From Camelus ferus (taxonomy: Eukaryota): a DNA stretch of 64,000 nt. The notes under the pieces were generated by a model. It was not told where the DNA came from and made no database searches. It worked only from the letters and a program-made list of their open reading frames with translations. Numbering within the stretch: the first letter of the stretch is position 1; each line of letters starts with the position of its first letter. Shown here piece by piece: positions 1-12,880 of the stretch. The stretch lies in NCBI RefSeq assembly GCF_009834535.1, contig NC_045697.1:18230001-18294000 (forward strand), given 5' to 3'. Position numbers and translations under genes: made by a program.

Positions 1-425
1 TTTTTAATTTTATTTAACTTTAATTAATTTAAATATAAATTTTAAAATGAAATGATTCAGTGTCAACAATTTTTAAAGAATGTTGAGAACAACTTGGTTA
101 TGTGAATCTCCTTTTCAACTGTAAGTTTTATAGGATCTAAATATAGATCAATAATTGATGACAATTTAGCATCTGAATTGAGATGCACTATAAATGTAAA
201 ACACACATTGGATTTTAAAGACCTATTATGAAAAATATCATGTCAATTATCTCAATATATTTTATATTGACTGCATGTTGGAATAATAATATTTTTGATA
301 TAGTGGGCTAAATAAAATATGATAATTAAAATTAATTTCACCTTTTTAAAACTTTTTTTAACATGGCTACTAGAAAACTTTAAGTCACATATGTTGCTCA
401 CAGAATATTTCTATGGACAGCACTG
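1..425. mobile_element. hAT-Charlie DNA transposon remnant (Charlie1/MER33-like), truncated by the window edge
   Basis: Motifs atttagcatctgaattgagatgc...gtaaaacacac and terminal ...atttctatggacagcactg resemble the Charlie1/MER33 end. Confidence 0.65.
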
Positions 426-2919
426 ATACAGAAAGTCTGAATGATACAATCAATAAGATCAAGTTAATAGATAAATATTGGACTCCCTTTTTCTACAAAC
501 ATAAAGCTCTTCTACTCACAGATAATTATGAAATTAATTATATATGTCCAACAAAAAAATGCTGATACATTCCCCAAAGCACAAATTATTCAACGCACTC
601 CCTAGTCGATATTAATAACGAAAATAGGATCAATGGAAAGAGCCAACCCTATGAAAATATAGGAATTCTCTCCTAAGTAATTCTTTTGTCAAAGATGAGA
701 CCAAAATGCAACTGTAAGATACTTAGAAAAAAGCAGGAATGGGCACAGTACACAGCAAGCCTGTAGGACCCGACAAAGCTGTAATTAGAAGCAAATTCAA
801 AGTGGCAAGTGCTTTCATTATTAAACAGGCAAGAATGACAGTAACAGAATGATGCAGTAAACTAAAGAAGCTAGAAAGCAAAGTAGCCTGGAGGAAGTCC
901 AGAGAAAGGAAGTACAAAGATAAAATAGAAAAAAAAAATTAAATCAGAAAATGGAAGGGATAAGTAAACAGTCTCAGATTTTAATAAACAATAATAAAAT
1001 AGATAAAATTTCACTTAAGATCTATTTTAAAAAGAACTTATAGTAAAAAAGAAAGTGAAAAACTCAAATACCCACTATTAGATGCATAAAAGTAGCCCAT
1101 ATTTATCAAATATTTCCCAGGTACCAGGTACTATGCACTTTACCTACTGCAGCTTACTGCCAACTTCCTTATGAACAACAAAGCATTAAAATCTCTGTTT
1201 TTCATTTTCTGCATTTCAGGAGCCAGGATCAGAGAAGTCAAAGTAATCGCTTAAAAGTTGTTGCACATTTTGGTATACCTCTATTTGACAGATCTAGCAA
1301 TCAATCATGCTTAGGTTTATGTACTGGAGTTTTGTTTAAAATTTTTGTCTCTCTTTATATAAGTAAACATCATCTATCCCTTTAAAAAAAAAAAAAACTT
1401 TGTGCCTGAATTAGCTTTAAAAATGGAATTGTGACACAGTCTAAAGTTTCTGCTCTTCCTTGTCCTAGAATAATTTCTTTATCATGGGGATTACTTATTC
1501 TTCAAAGGTCTTTTTAAAAAGAATGTTCTAAGTACTCAGCCCAGCATTTTTGTGGAGGCAATCAGCTTTTCTTTCATGGTTACTGCTTTGTTGAGGTTAC
1601 CTATTTCTTGAGTCAAGTTTGGTGATTTACATTTCACGTGCGGCTCACATCCTTCATAAGGATTTTTAAATATATCAGCATCAAGTCGCACCCAGAATTT
1701 GTAATTTTTATATATATAAAACACCAAATGATGTTAGGTCAGGAATGTAAGAAAGATTTAATATAAAACTTCTAAAGCTCACATCAATATCTGTTCTCTT
1801 GGCAGATAATTTTGAAAAAATTTAATAAACTCCAGTATCTATTTCTGATTGATTTTAAAAAGTAAACTTCAATTTAAAAAACATGATTTCTTTTCATGAT
1901 ATAGAACATCTCTCTCAATAGCCAACATCTAACAGCTATAAATAAGAATTAACATCATGCTTAAAACACCAAAATCATTCCCATTAAAATCAGGAAGAAG
2001 ACAAAGTCTCCACAGTTATTACCACCACAACTATTTACCATGATTCCAAAAGTTTTAGCCACTTCTAAAGAAAGTGCAAAGAAATATCACTCACAATAGC
2101 AACAATGCCATTAGAAACCAAGGAAGAAATATGGAAAAAGAAGGAATCAAAATTTTATACACAGTATAATCTTTATTAAATAAAAAATGCATAGATAATA
2201 GGTAACTTTTTTATTATACTATCTTAAACTTTTCATTAAGCATAAGCATAAATTTTATAATCATAAAAAGATAAGCAAAAGCAACAAAATAAAAATTAAA
2301 AAATCCCTGGCAAGAGAGAGAGCTGGGGTGGGAAATGTGATGTGTTTGCAGTGTTAGGAGAGGGAAAGAAGTCGACTTGGAGCCAAGGTGCATGTCCTCC
2401 TCTCCACATGACGACTTAGGAAATACTATTTCTTGGAATATGTCTCTATTCATCCAGAGTTGAACGTTAGGACATGGGAGTTCAAATTCCTCAGTGAGTC
2501 AGTTTGAAACTTGCAGGCAATTAGATGGCTGTAAAAGACACCAGAGGGCAAGCATGCTGTGTGATAAAGTTTTTCCATCTGGTTAAAGTCCTTTAATCCC
2601 AGATGGCGTGCAGAATGGGCTTCTGGGGCCCGAAACTGAATTGGGCTAATGGCCCAATCCTTCTCAATGAGTGCACAGCCCCAGCTTAGGGCAGGGTGTC
2701 TTTGCTGGCCAACTTTTCACCTCCATTTTCGTAGGGCCAACCTAGAGACAGGGAGAAGGTGTTTGTGTGCGCAGATGTGTGTGGATACACAAGTGTCACT
2801 ATATTCTCCAGATGTTTCCTTTACAATTCACCCTCTGTCTAGGAGAACAGGAGTTCTGGTTCACTCCCATCAAGGTCTGCAGGTCAACAGGAGGACTTAC
2901 ACCTTTGGTGGTGACTGGT

Positions 2920-2963
2920 CACCTTTTGTTCCAAACCACCTTTTGTTCCAAACCACCTTTTGT
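2920..2963. repeat. Tandem repeat, 17-bp unit CACCTTTTGTTCCAAAC x2.6
   Basis: Exact copies at 2920-2936 and 2937-2953, plus a partial copy at 2954-2963. Confidence 0.9.
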
Positions 2964-3499
2964 CTCCTGCCCGCAGCTCCCGGTCAGGTCACCGCATTAC
3001 TGCTCACTCGGTGTTGCTTTTACCCTTCATGCTCCTGAAGCACCAAGACTGTTATTTAAAGTCAGAGGCTTTCTTAAAAACTTGCAAATGTCGCAGGGTG
3101 GACAACACAAGAAGGAAAACGTTCATCTCAACTCAGTCTGTTAGCTCCCCTATCCGGCTTTCCCCCTGGCTTACCTCCCTGCATCTCGGCCAGCTCCTTC
3201 CTCTCAGATCGCAGCCTCGGTTCAATTTCCCCTCCGGCCAGGCCCAGGGACCTCCAATCTCCCTGCATCCCCGGTGTCCACAGAGGAAGTCCCAAATCAA
3301 TGAACATCCCAGCAAGCCACGCTGACTCTTGGCTCTGCAGAACGGTGGAGCTGTTTCTTCAAACCTACAGACGTCCAGGCCAGGCCCCGGCATGAGCACT
3401 GGGGAGGTTTTCCGCCACCAGAAGCAGCCCCTCCAGGGCCCCATCTTCAGGATGCCTTCTGTGGGCCACGTGTTCCTGGAGTGACCACATTTTCACAGA

Positions 3500-3625
3500 A
3501 CCGGTTAAAAGGCAGAACCCCGGGCCCATCCCAGACACTGCCATTCAGTAGGTCGAGGGCCAGGAATCTGCATTTTTAGTAAATGTTCCAAGTGATTCTG
3601 ATGCTGATAATCCTGAGATCAGAAT
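3500..3625. mobile_element. MER5-type hAT MITE fragment
   Basis: gggcccatcccagac...ggccaggaatctgcattttt...caagtgattctgatgc is typical of MER5A. Confidence 0.6.
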
Positions 3626-3689
3626 TGGAAGGACTCTGCCCCCAGCAAAGCGCAAAAATTAAGACCCTTTTTAATCAAGCTTGCCAGGC

Positions 3690-3930
3690 CTCATCTTTTT
3701 CTCTCCATCCTTCCTTTTTTTCTTTTTCCCTTCCTTCCTTTCTTCCTCTCTCTTCTTTCCTCTCCTTCCTTTCTTCCTCTCCTCCTTCTTTTTTTTACAC
3801 ACACAAAAATTTTTTTTTAAAAAAGTGTATAACATATGTTCTTTTTTTTTAAAGCTATTTCTTTTTTTCTTTTTCTTTTCCTTCTTCTCTTTCTTTTCTT
3901 TTTCTTTCTTTATTTCTTTTTTTTTTCTTT
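3690..3930. repeat. CT-rich low-complexity tract, partly the SINE tail
   Basis: Long runs of (TTCC)n/(TTTC)n/T; explains the Phe/Ser-rich ORFs 3583..3852 and 3681..3953. Confidence 0.9.
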
Positions 3931-3955
3931 TTTGGTGGGGAAAAGATAATTAGAT

Positions 3956-3990
<35 letters not shown>

Positions 3991-4076
3991 TTTTAAATGG
4001 AGGTACTGGGTGGGGATTGAACCCAGAGCCTTTGCATGCTAAGCACACACTCTGCCACTGAGCTATACCCTCCCCC
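3930..4076 (-). mobile_element. tRNA-derived SINE, camelid Vic-1-like, with an expanded (TAAA)n tract
   Basis: Reverse complement reads GGGGAGGGTATAGCTCAGTGGCAGAG...GGTTCAATCCCC (A and B boxes), then (TAAA)n and an A-rich tail; same family as four other copies. Confidence 0.85.
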
Positions 4077-4974
4077 CAGAAATGTCAACAATCCTTTCTG
4101 GGTGGTAAGAAATATTTATAAAGAAAATTGTATATATATTATATTTATATTATATATTTATAATTCACATGTATAAATATATAAGAAAATATAAACACTT
4201 GTATTTATATTTTTTGGCCCTCCTCCCAATTTTTTGAACTTATATTATTTTGTCATTAGTTAAAAAAAAAAAACAATAAAGAAAAGAGAAACTTGAATGA
4301 CTGGGAAAGTGGACTGGACCCTGGAGTCTCCCTCTGCTCAGGGACAAGGCTTCATCTCCTTGTATCTATCTCCATACCCAGGGGGTAACTCCTGTGACTC
4401 CAGAGAAATCTCCCAGTGACTATCAGTGTTGCCTCGGACAGGACGTTCCCCGTGGCTTTGGCCAGCTGAGCCCCCAGCCTGGAAACGGAAATTGTGCTTG
4501 AGATGAAACGTAATCTGTCTCAGGTCTGCAGAGTCCTGCTGACCATTTCCCTCCCTCTGCACCTCCTCCCTCCTGCCTCACCTCGACAGTCCCCTGGGGC
4601 CTCGATGGCAGCCTGGTGACTTTGATCCTGCTCTGTATCGCTCTTAGCAAGACTCGGCATCAGCGCTCTCACCTGTGAAGTGGGCAGAGCAACAGATCAT
4701 CTTTTCTTCAGAAAGGTTTGGGGGAAATCAAATAAAAATGGTTGTGAATGTGCTTTGCAAAGTGTGCCCAGCAGTCAGTCCCTCTTGCAGCCATTGGCTC
4801 TTTCCACAGAAACCTTCAGAAGTTCCACTGTGCATCAGGAGTGCGCTGGCCATGGCAGCAACACACATTCCTGCTTTCAAGGAACTTCAGCTGTCTGCCC
4901 ACAGAGAAACAGACACACAGACAAAGCCAGTGTGCTAGTTCTGCTAGAGCAGGAGGGCTCAACCCAACCTCAGA

Positions 4975-5095
4975 GCAAATTCTAGCCCCTCCTGTAGACC
5001 TGTGACACGGGGCAAGTTATTTTACCTCTGTGGGTTGCTATCTCAGAAATGTGAAGATGTGGATTTCACAGGGTGGTTGTAAGGATTAAATGAGA
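4975..5095 (+). mobile_element. MIR SINE fragment
   Basis: tgtgac..gggcaagtta..t.acctctg...gggtggttgtaaggattaaatgaga core. Confidence 0.7.
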
Positions 5096-5399
5096 CTTCC
5101 CCAAGCCCCAGGAATTAGCATCTCTCCCTTAGAATGTTTACTCCATCTCTCTGCAACCTCTATAATTAGTTCATTAACATCGCCACCCACTTTGCTTCCT
5201 AAGCACCAATATTTGTGAAATCAGTGGTTCTGATATGTGAGTCCTATTTTTTCTCTAATGAACATTAAAACAAATGATAGCTATAGAAATTCAAATCCAC
5301 CTAGAATCATTTCACAGACCCCCTGCGGTATAACTACAACACTTAGATGGAGAAATACAGAGATTCTTAGTTATTTTGCTTGGTGCCTGAAAAGGCTGA

Positions 5400-5750
5400 A
5401 ATACACACAATTTTGTTGATTCTGAGAAGTCAGCACAGAGTAGGTGAGAGGACCCAATGCCTTAGGGCTGGGATGGGGAGGCTTCCAGGAGTGGGTGACA
5501 TCTAAACACAGCATCAGACTGATAAAGGGCAGGAGGAGGGGCCAAGGGAGGTACTTTCCAAGAAAAGGGGACAAGGGTAGGAGCAGAACAGGACCTTAGA
5601 ACATTGTTGAGGAACTGCTTGCAGGGCCCCAGGTTGGGTATGAGGGGAAGCGTGTGAGAGATGAGCTTGGAAGCGTAGAGAAGTCATCAGATACAGATTA
5701 AGAAGGGCCTGCACGCTCTTAGGAGGAATTTGGACTTGATGCAGGTGGAT
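5400..5750 (-). mobile_element. L2 LINE fragment
   Basis: ggaggcttccaggagtgggtgacatct...aggaatttggactt motifs typical of antisense L2. Confidence 0.55.
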
Positions 5751-6254
5751 AGGTTGAAACCCTAAGGAGTCACATTGACAGTGACATTTAAAGACCAGGA
5801 AGATCTCAGAATTATTTGGAGTAGCTCAAGACGAAAGGCCCATAATGCTGCCTGAAAAACCTGCAAAAACACTTCTCTCACTTCCTAGTTCTCATCCCCT
5901 CATTCACTAACTGGGGCTTCCACATAAATCCTGTTGATTTCAGCAGAAACGAGCACTTTGCTTCTGATGTCAGCTTCCTCTGTCTGAAAGAGCTGCGGCT
6001 GTTAGAATTGTCACGCACCCACCTAGTGGTAAAAGCCAGAAACCTGGGAGCTGTCTTCAATTCCCTCCTCCGCCTCGCCCTCCACAACCGGGCTCAAGCA
6101 GCCTGTCAACGTCCCCTCTGTGATACTGATCAAATCCTGTGCGCCTACTGCCCCTGCAGTTCATGCCCTTTTCATCTCTTACTTCAATGATTTGTAATGG
6201 TCTTCAAACTAGTCTCACTGCTGGTTGCATCAGGATTCCTCCATGCTGCTGCAT

Positions 6255-6430
6255 CATCCTAAGCAAATCCCTAATCTTATTAGATCTCAGTTTCTTCATC
6301 TATCTAATGGGGATAATGTATTCATATATCTGTCTCGTAGAGTTTTGGGGATTGTGTGAGCTACTGAGTGTCAAGCCCTTACTATGCTGCATGGTACATA
6401 GTAGAAGTTCAGTAAGGTCTTGGTATTATT
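6255..6430 (+). mobile_element. MIR SINE fragment
   Basis: ctcagtttcttcatctatctaatggggataat...catggtacatagtag core. Confidence 0.7.
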
Positions 6431-7794
6431 CTTATAGCCCCCTCCCATTTTGTAATCTATAGCTGCATTAAAACCCCAAACTCTATATGGCATTAAATTG
6501 GCCTTCTAGTGTTAGTCACCAGCCTCCCAGACAGGGTCCATGGAGTCCCATGGAGCCCTTGAGAGTCATATCTGCTCTCTGTGTGCAGATTGCTGAGCCC
6601 TGCATGGCTAAGGATCAAGAGGGACAAGGCTAGGGTGAGGCAAGAGAGGCACTCGGGCCACAAAAGTGAAGGAGACACTAACTCTCAGGGTCGTGCAAGT
6701 GCTTCCTTCACTTCTGTGCCCTATTCCCAAAGGTGGGTGTACAACCTGCTGTCTTTTCCTCCAGTTGAGTGAGCTACATGTGGAACCAGGCTCTCTAGCT
6801 GTGGGTAAAAAGCAGGCAAGTTCCAAGGCAGCCTCCCGGGTACCTAGGACCCCAGCAGGCAGGAGGAAGAAGGAGAGCCCCGGGGAGGCTTGAGGTTACA
6901 GTGACACCAGTGAGAGCAGTCCTTGGGGGAGCTTAGTGTCAGTTCCCAGGCACCCAGACGCCCAGGGATAAGGATCTGCCGTCAACCTTAGGAAGACACA
7001 GGCTGCCCATTAGGCTGGTGCCTTTCAGTATTAAAGTGTGAATCTATAGTTTCTCTTACCACCAGCTCAGCTTTTCAGCAAGGAAGCAATGCTCCCGCTT
7101 CCCTCTTGGTTGGCCCTGATCCTAAGCAACTAAAGCATATGATGATTAGCTGAGGTCATCCTTCCACGCCCTGACCAGCTTTATACTGCTGATTATCTGG
7201 GCAAGTCTGGATCTACCGGGCAAGATTTTGAGGTTTTAGTGGGTGGCAGAAGGCAGGGACAAGGCATCATCCTATGAAGAGGTGATCTGGGCAGACACGT
7301 CTGTCTTGATCCCTCAGACCCAGCACGAGCAGAGGCTTCTTCTCTTCCAGGGCTGAGTAATGCAAGGGGTGTGGGGCAGGGGTGAACTGGAAGTAGAGGA
7401 CAGAGAGAGGGCTCAGATTTCCCATGCATCTGTCCTGGCCAATATTTTAGAACTCCTTTCAAATCAGCAAGTTAATGTAGCGAGGCGAGACCACATCAGG
7501 CTGGTCCCAGTCTGGTGCTTGCGATTAATGTATCATGAAAGGAATCAAGGATGTTGCCGAGGCCAATTAGAAAGTCAGCGGGGTTGGGAATACCAGTCAG
7601 CAGGGTGTGCACCCCACTGCCCCTCCCGCTGGTCCCCACCCTTGGAGGGCCTTCCCTTTACACCATGGCTCTTTCGTCCTCTTCCTCCTTCTCCTTTCAC
7701 CCTTGTCCCCCTCCAATAGGCTTGGCTCAGAAAGTGACTTTGAGTAGAGAATGCAGTGCAATGGCCTAGGAAGCATATATGTTTGGGTAAATGC

Positions 7795-7910
7795 CAGACT
7801 AGGTTTGAACTCTAGATCTACCACTGACCATTGGCGAGGTATTGGTCCAGGTATGTAACCTCTTTGAGCCTCAGTTTCCCCAGCTGCAAAATGGAGATTC
7901 TATACTTACC
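7795..7910 (+). mobile_element. MIR SINE fragment
   Basis: aacctctttgagcctcagtttccccagctgcaaaatggagat core. Confidence 0.75.
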
Positions 7911-8374
7911 CAGAAGATGGAAGATAATTGTGGTTGGATTTGCTAAGGACCTGACAGTAGAATCCAATAATGAATTCCTAAAGAATTACACTCAGGTTAG
8001 TTCTGTCTCACTTTTTTTCAAATGCAGAGGTGGCTGTTGATTTTTTTTTTTATAATCTTCATAGGAATGTAGGAAGAAATAGTTTTGTTAGGACTTTTGA
8101 GGAAGTTTTCTTGTGGGTCCCTTGGGCGAGAATTATTAATAATGATGATAGAAAACACGTATGGGGTCTTTACCGTGTGTGTGGCTCTGTTCTCAGCACT
8201 TTGCATGGACTAACTCATCGATTCCTCACGAGCTCTGGGAAGCTGGAACTACTGTCATCCTTATTTCACAGACCAAGAGACATACCCTCGTCCCCTCGAG
8301 AGTGTGCTCACCTATCTACTCCAGCTGGATTGTTCGTTTGTTTGTTAAAGAATGGCTTTGGACCTCTCGTGATT

Positions 8375-9350
8375 TTTAAAAAGAAATTTATTAAGGCGAG
8401 ATTCCTATAACACAGAATTAACCATTTTAAAGTGAGCAGTTCAGTAGCATTTGGTACATTCACCATGCAGCCACCACCTCTATCTAGTTACAAAACATTT
8501 TCATCAATCCAAAGTAAAACAGCTTATCTGTTAAGCAGTTTCTCCCCGTTACACCTTCCCCCAGTCCCTGGTTACCTCCTGTCTGTGTTCTCTATGGATT
8601 TATCTGTTTTGGATATCTCATATAAACAGATCATATAATTTATGACTTTGTTGTTTCTGGCTATTTTCACAAAGCATAATGTTTCCAAGGTTCATCCATC
8701 CACATTGCAGCATGCATCAGTAACCTTTTTATGACTTAATAATACTCCATTTTATATACCATGATTTGCTTATCCACTCTTTCAATGATGGTCATTTGGA
8801 CTGGTTCCTCCTCTTGGTTACTATAAGACCTGATGCTATGAACATGCTTGCACATTTACTGGTTTGAGTTTCTGCTTTAAATTCTTTAGGATATATACCT
8901 CGAAGTGGAATAGCAGGATCATACAGCGCTTCTAAGTTTAAATTTTGAGGAACTATCAAACTCTTCTCCATAGCAGTTGAACTAGTTTGCATTCCTACCA
9001 ACAAAGTATGAGAGTTTCCATCCTTCCACACCCTTGTCTATACTTGTTATTTTCCATTTTTAAAAAATTCTAGTGAGTGTGAAATTTAAATGCTTCAATT
9101 TGCATGTCCCTAATGATGAAGGATATTGGCATCTTTTCATGTGTTTCTGGACTATTTGTACATCTTCTTGGGAAAGTTGTCTGTTCAAGTCCTTTGCCCA
9201 TTTTTTTCAATTGAGTTGTTTGTTTTTTTATTGAGTCCTAAGAGTTTTTTTATATAATCTAGATACCAAACCCTTATCAGATGTATTATTTTAAAATGTT
9301 AAAAAAAAAAGAAAATGTTTTCTCCTATTCACAGGTTGTCTTTTCACTTT
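8375..9350 (-). mobile_element. Old L1 (L1MB-like) 3' region
   Basis: Antisense L1 3' UTR/ORF2 end. ORF 8792..9031 (HTLLVGM...YDPAIPLRGIYPKE) is a degenerate L1 ORF2 C-terminus. Confidence 0.85.
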
Positions 9351-9359
9351 CTTTCTTTC

Positions 9360-10080
9360 TTTCTCTTTTTTTACATTTTTTATTGAGTAATAGTCATTTT
9401 ACAATGTTGTGTCAAATTCTAGTGTAGAGCACAATTTTTCAGTTATATATGAACATATATATATATATTCATTGTCACATTTTTTTTTTCGCTATGAGCT
9501 ACCACAAGATCTTGTATATATTCCCCTGTGCTATACAGTATAATCTTGTTTATCTATTCTGCATTTTAAAATCCCAGTCTGTCCCTTCCCACCCCCCGCC
9601 CCCTTGGCAACCACAAGTTTGTATTCTATGTCTATGAGTCTATTTTTGTTTTGTATTTCTGTTTTGTCTTTTTTTTTTTTTTTTAGATTCCTCAAATGAC
9701 CAATCTCATATCATATTTTTCTTTCTCTTTCTGGCTTACTTCACTTAGAATGACATTCTCCAAGGACATCTATGTTGCTGAAAATGGCATTATGTTGTCA
9801 TTGTTATGGCTGAATAGTATTCCATTGTGTAAATATACCACCTCTTCTTTATCCATTCATCTGCCGATGGATGTTTAGGCTATTTCCATGTCTTGGCTAT
9901 TGTGAATAGTGCTGCTATGAACATTGGGGTGCAGGTGTCATCCTGAAGTAGGGTTCCTTCTGGATATATGCCTAGGAATAGGATTGCTGGGTCATATGGT
10001 AAATCTATTCCTAGTCTTTTGAGGAATTTCTATACTGTTTTCCACAGTGGCTGCACCAAACTGCATTCCCACCAGCAGTG
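9360..10080 (-). mobile_element. Younger, 5'-truncated L1 3' end
   Basis: T-rich tail, then ttttattgag...tttacaatgttgtgtcaaatt, and a well-preserved ORF2 end ...gtggctgcaccaaactgcattcccaccagcagtg that stops abruptly at ~10080. Confidence 0.85.
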
Positions 10081-10834
10081 GACGCTTCTACTTTTAAGCC
10101 TTCAGGGAGAGAGCGATGGATGCGGGAATATCTGGTTACCAAGGGTGGAAATGCAGCAGGCAAGCAAGGACGAGCAGCGGCTGAGCCCACAGGGCAGCTT
10201 CAGCCCAGGAGGCTGGAGCTGTTCAGAAGCCCGTGGAAAATCCAAGCATCTGAGCTGAGCAGTCAAGCCATCCTCAACCTAAGCTGCCGAACACAGTGAG
10301 CCATATACAACCAGTCTTAAATCGCACTTTCCCTTTGGTCCAGCAATGCCACTTCTGTTGATTTATCCCAAGGGAATTACTATGGAAATCACAGATTTGG
10401 CTACAAGTTTTTTTGTTTTTTCTCAGAATTTAATACAATAACCAAAAAATCAGATATAACATAACTGTCCCACATAAGGGGATTGGATAAACCAAATAAA
10501 TATATCCATATATGAAATATAATTCAGCCATTTAAAATATGGTGAAGGAAAATTAATTTTTTGACATAGAAAACTATTAAGTGAAAAACAAGAGTTAAGT
10601 CGGAAAGATTAGAAATCAGTATTGTCTGTGTACCCATTATCTCTAGCTCCAAAACCTGAAAATGTAAACCCTGCTAGTAACAGGAGACCTCAGCTATAGG
10701 AATTATGGAGGTTTTTGTGTTTTTCCATATTCTCCAGATTTTTCTGTAATTTACTTGTTACTTTTGTAATTAGTAAAAAACATTATTCAGAAAAAAATTA
10801 AAATCAAGCCAGAGTCTCATAACTATCTGCAGGC

Positions 10835-11422
10835 CTTGGTAACCACCACTCTACTCTCTGTTTCTATGAGTTAGCTTTTCTTAGGATTCATATATACGCG
10901 AGATCATACAGTATTTGTTTTTCTCTGTCTTGTTTCATTTAGCATCCATACTGATGCAAGTTCCATCCATATTGAAACAAATGGCCAGATTTCCTTTTTT
11001 CTACTGGCTAAATAGCATTCCATTATACATTCATACCATGTCTTCTTTATTCATCCATTGATGGACAATTAGGTTGTTTCCCTATCTTGGCTATTGTGAC
11101 TAATACGACAACATGAGAGTGCAGACACCTGTTCAATACCCTGTTTTTTTATTTCTTTTGGACATATACCCCGAGGTAGGATTGCTGGGTCACATGGTAG
11201 TTCTATTTTTAATTTTAACAATACTATATTATATACTTGAAATTTACTAAGAGACTAGATCTTATATGTTCTCACAAAGAAATGATAATTATGTGATGTG
11301 ATGGAAGTCTTAGCAATGCCATAGCAGTAATCATATAGCAACATATAAATCATGTCAAATCAACATGCTGTACACCTCAACTTCACAATGTTATATGTCA
11401 ATTATAGCTCAACTTAAAAAAG
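10835..11422. mobile_element. L1 (L1MA-like) 3' end with an inverted 5' segment: 10835-11215 antisense, 11216-11422 sense
   Basis: The antisense block runs from ggtaaccaccactctactctctg to ggtagttctatttttaattt. It joins a sense L1 terminus ending ...aatgttatatgtcaattatagctcaacttaaaaaa. Confidence 0.75.
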
Positions 11423-12211
11423 AGGAAGTGAGAATTTGGTCTCACATCTGGATGAAACGTAACTGAAAATAAGGAGATAATCTTGGGAAAAAAAAATTTT
11501 TTTAAGTTTGCTCTTACCAAGAAGCTGAGTTTTGACAAGAGCTACTAATTAACTCTGCAAGGAGGATACAGTGCTGATTAAATCAGATGTACTTGCTGGT
11601 GGAAAATCTTCCGAAATAATGAGGAGATGTCAAATTCTTCCAGCGTCATGGGGCCACAGGTACATGCTCAGCTCTTTGGGGCTCATTTGCATGTAATCCA
11701 CCAGGATACCCACAGCGGCACTTACTACAGGTTTCTTGGTACGAAAATAGGAAAAATAAACCTGACCAGCCCTTCTCCAATGACTTACTGTGATCCTTTT
11801 CTGTACCAGCATTGTACAGGGGCTAGGGGTGGGGGACCCTGAAGTGCCCCTTCTTTAATAACTGAACAATCCCACTGGGGAAACAAAGCAAGTTCCGAAG
11901 TACAAAGGCCTGGACAATGTGACAAGAGTATGTAACTAATTCCTTCATCGAGTGGTAAAGTCAATGAGCCTGGGGAATTCATAGGAGGGGCAGTCAATGA
12001 AGGCTGCAAGGCAGCAGCTTCAGCTTTGGTGTCAGACAAATGGAAATTGGAAGCCAGCCCCCACCCACCTCCACAGGAGACATACTCTTCCCTCCTTACT
12101 CACTTAGTTACCCATATAACTTGCTTTAGCTTATGGGACATGAGTGGAGTTAACATAAATGAAAGCTTCAAAATGCTTGCCTGGTTGAGTTTTGAGACTT
12201 TTGTTATGAGA

Positions 12212-12707
12212 TGGTTGGGGAAGATAAAATTTCTTCCATCTTCTTCAGTTTAGTGAATGGGGGCCTGCAAATTAAACCAATAAAAGACATATTAACCAAA
12301 AAAAGGCATATACTTTTTAATTAATATATTACACCCATGAGAAAAAGAGAAATGCAAAGAAGTGATTAGACAAAGGAGCTTGTATACCATTTTAACAAAG
12401 GAAAGGGGGTTTGGGATTTGAAGGATAAACTAGGAAGCAACTAGGAAATATGTGCAGAAACCAATGGAACACATGGGTTATTTTAGTAAGCTTTTTTAAT
12501 GCAGACTCATCTCAGGGCTGACTCTCCAACTCCAGTGATAAGAGTTGCTGGTGCAGGAGAGAAGGAGGCACTTTCACAAAGGAAAATTTATGCCCTGCTT
12601 TTGGGCAGAAAAGAAAAGGGCAGAGAACTCTTCCTGCATCTGCTGACTGTCAATAATCTTTATGCCAAAGTGGTATATTTTGGGGTTGCATATCCTGATC
12701 CCATGCA
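12212..12707 (-). mobile_element. ERV1-class solo LTR (MER34/MER39-like)
   Basis: Minus strand starts TG..GGATCAGGATATGCAACCCCAAAATATACCACTTTGGCATAA, a characteristic ERV1 LTR start; ~500 bp. Confidence 0.65.
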
Positions 12708-12709
12708 AT

Positions 12710-12880
12710 ATGCCCCAGTTGCCTACAGACCCCAGAAAAAAACACAGAGAGCAAGTTTGAACCCACCCTACAGCCTGGAACTAAGCCGAGCCTAGATCAT
12801 TTGAACCACAGCCAACTTACAGGTGCCTGAGTGAGAAATAATTGCATATGGCTGTGTGCCACTGAGATTTTACAGTTACT
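12710..12880 (+). mobile_element. MaLR LTR (MLT1-type) 3' fragment
   Basis: aagccgagcctagatca...tgagtgagaaataa..gc...tgccactgagatttt resembles the end of old MLT1 LTRs. Confidence 0.5.

Noticed and set aside
1536..1727. 63-aa minus-strand ORF, possibly a DNA-transposon remnant
   Set aside because: I cannot assign it to any family from sequence alone; it needs a Dfam or tBLASTn search.
2920..2963. Direct repeats as a CRISPR-like array
   Set aside because: Head-to-tail with no spacers, in a mammalian genome; no prokaryotic genes anywhere in the window.
3998..4076. tRNA-like sequences (also at 31.5, 31.9, 42.4 and 50.3 kb)
   Set aside because: They have A-rich tails, TSDs in at least two copies and divergent stems, so they are SINEs rather than tRNA genes.
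11685..11692. Octamer ATTTGCAT (others at ~33952 and within L1s)
   Set aside because: A single 8-mer is expected several times by chance, and there is no supporting context.
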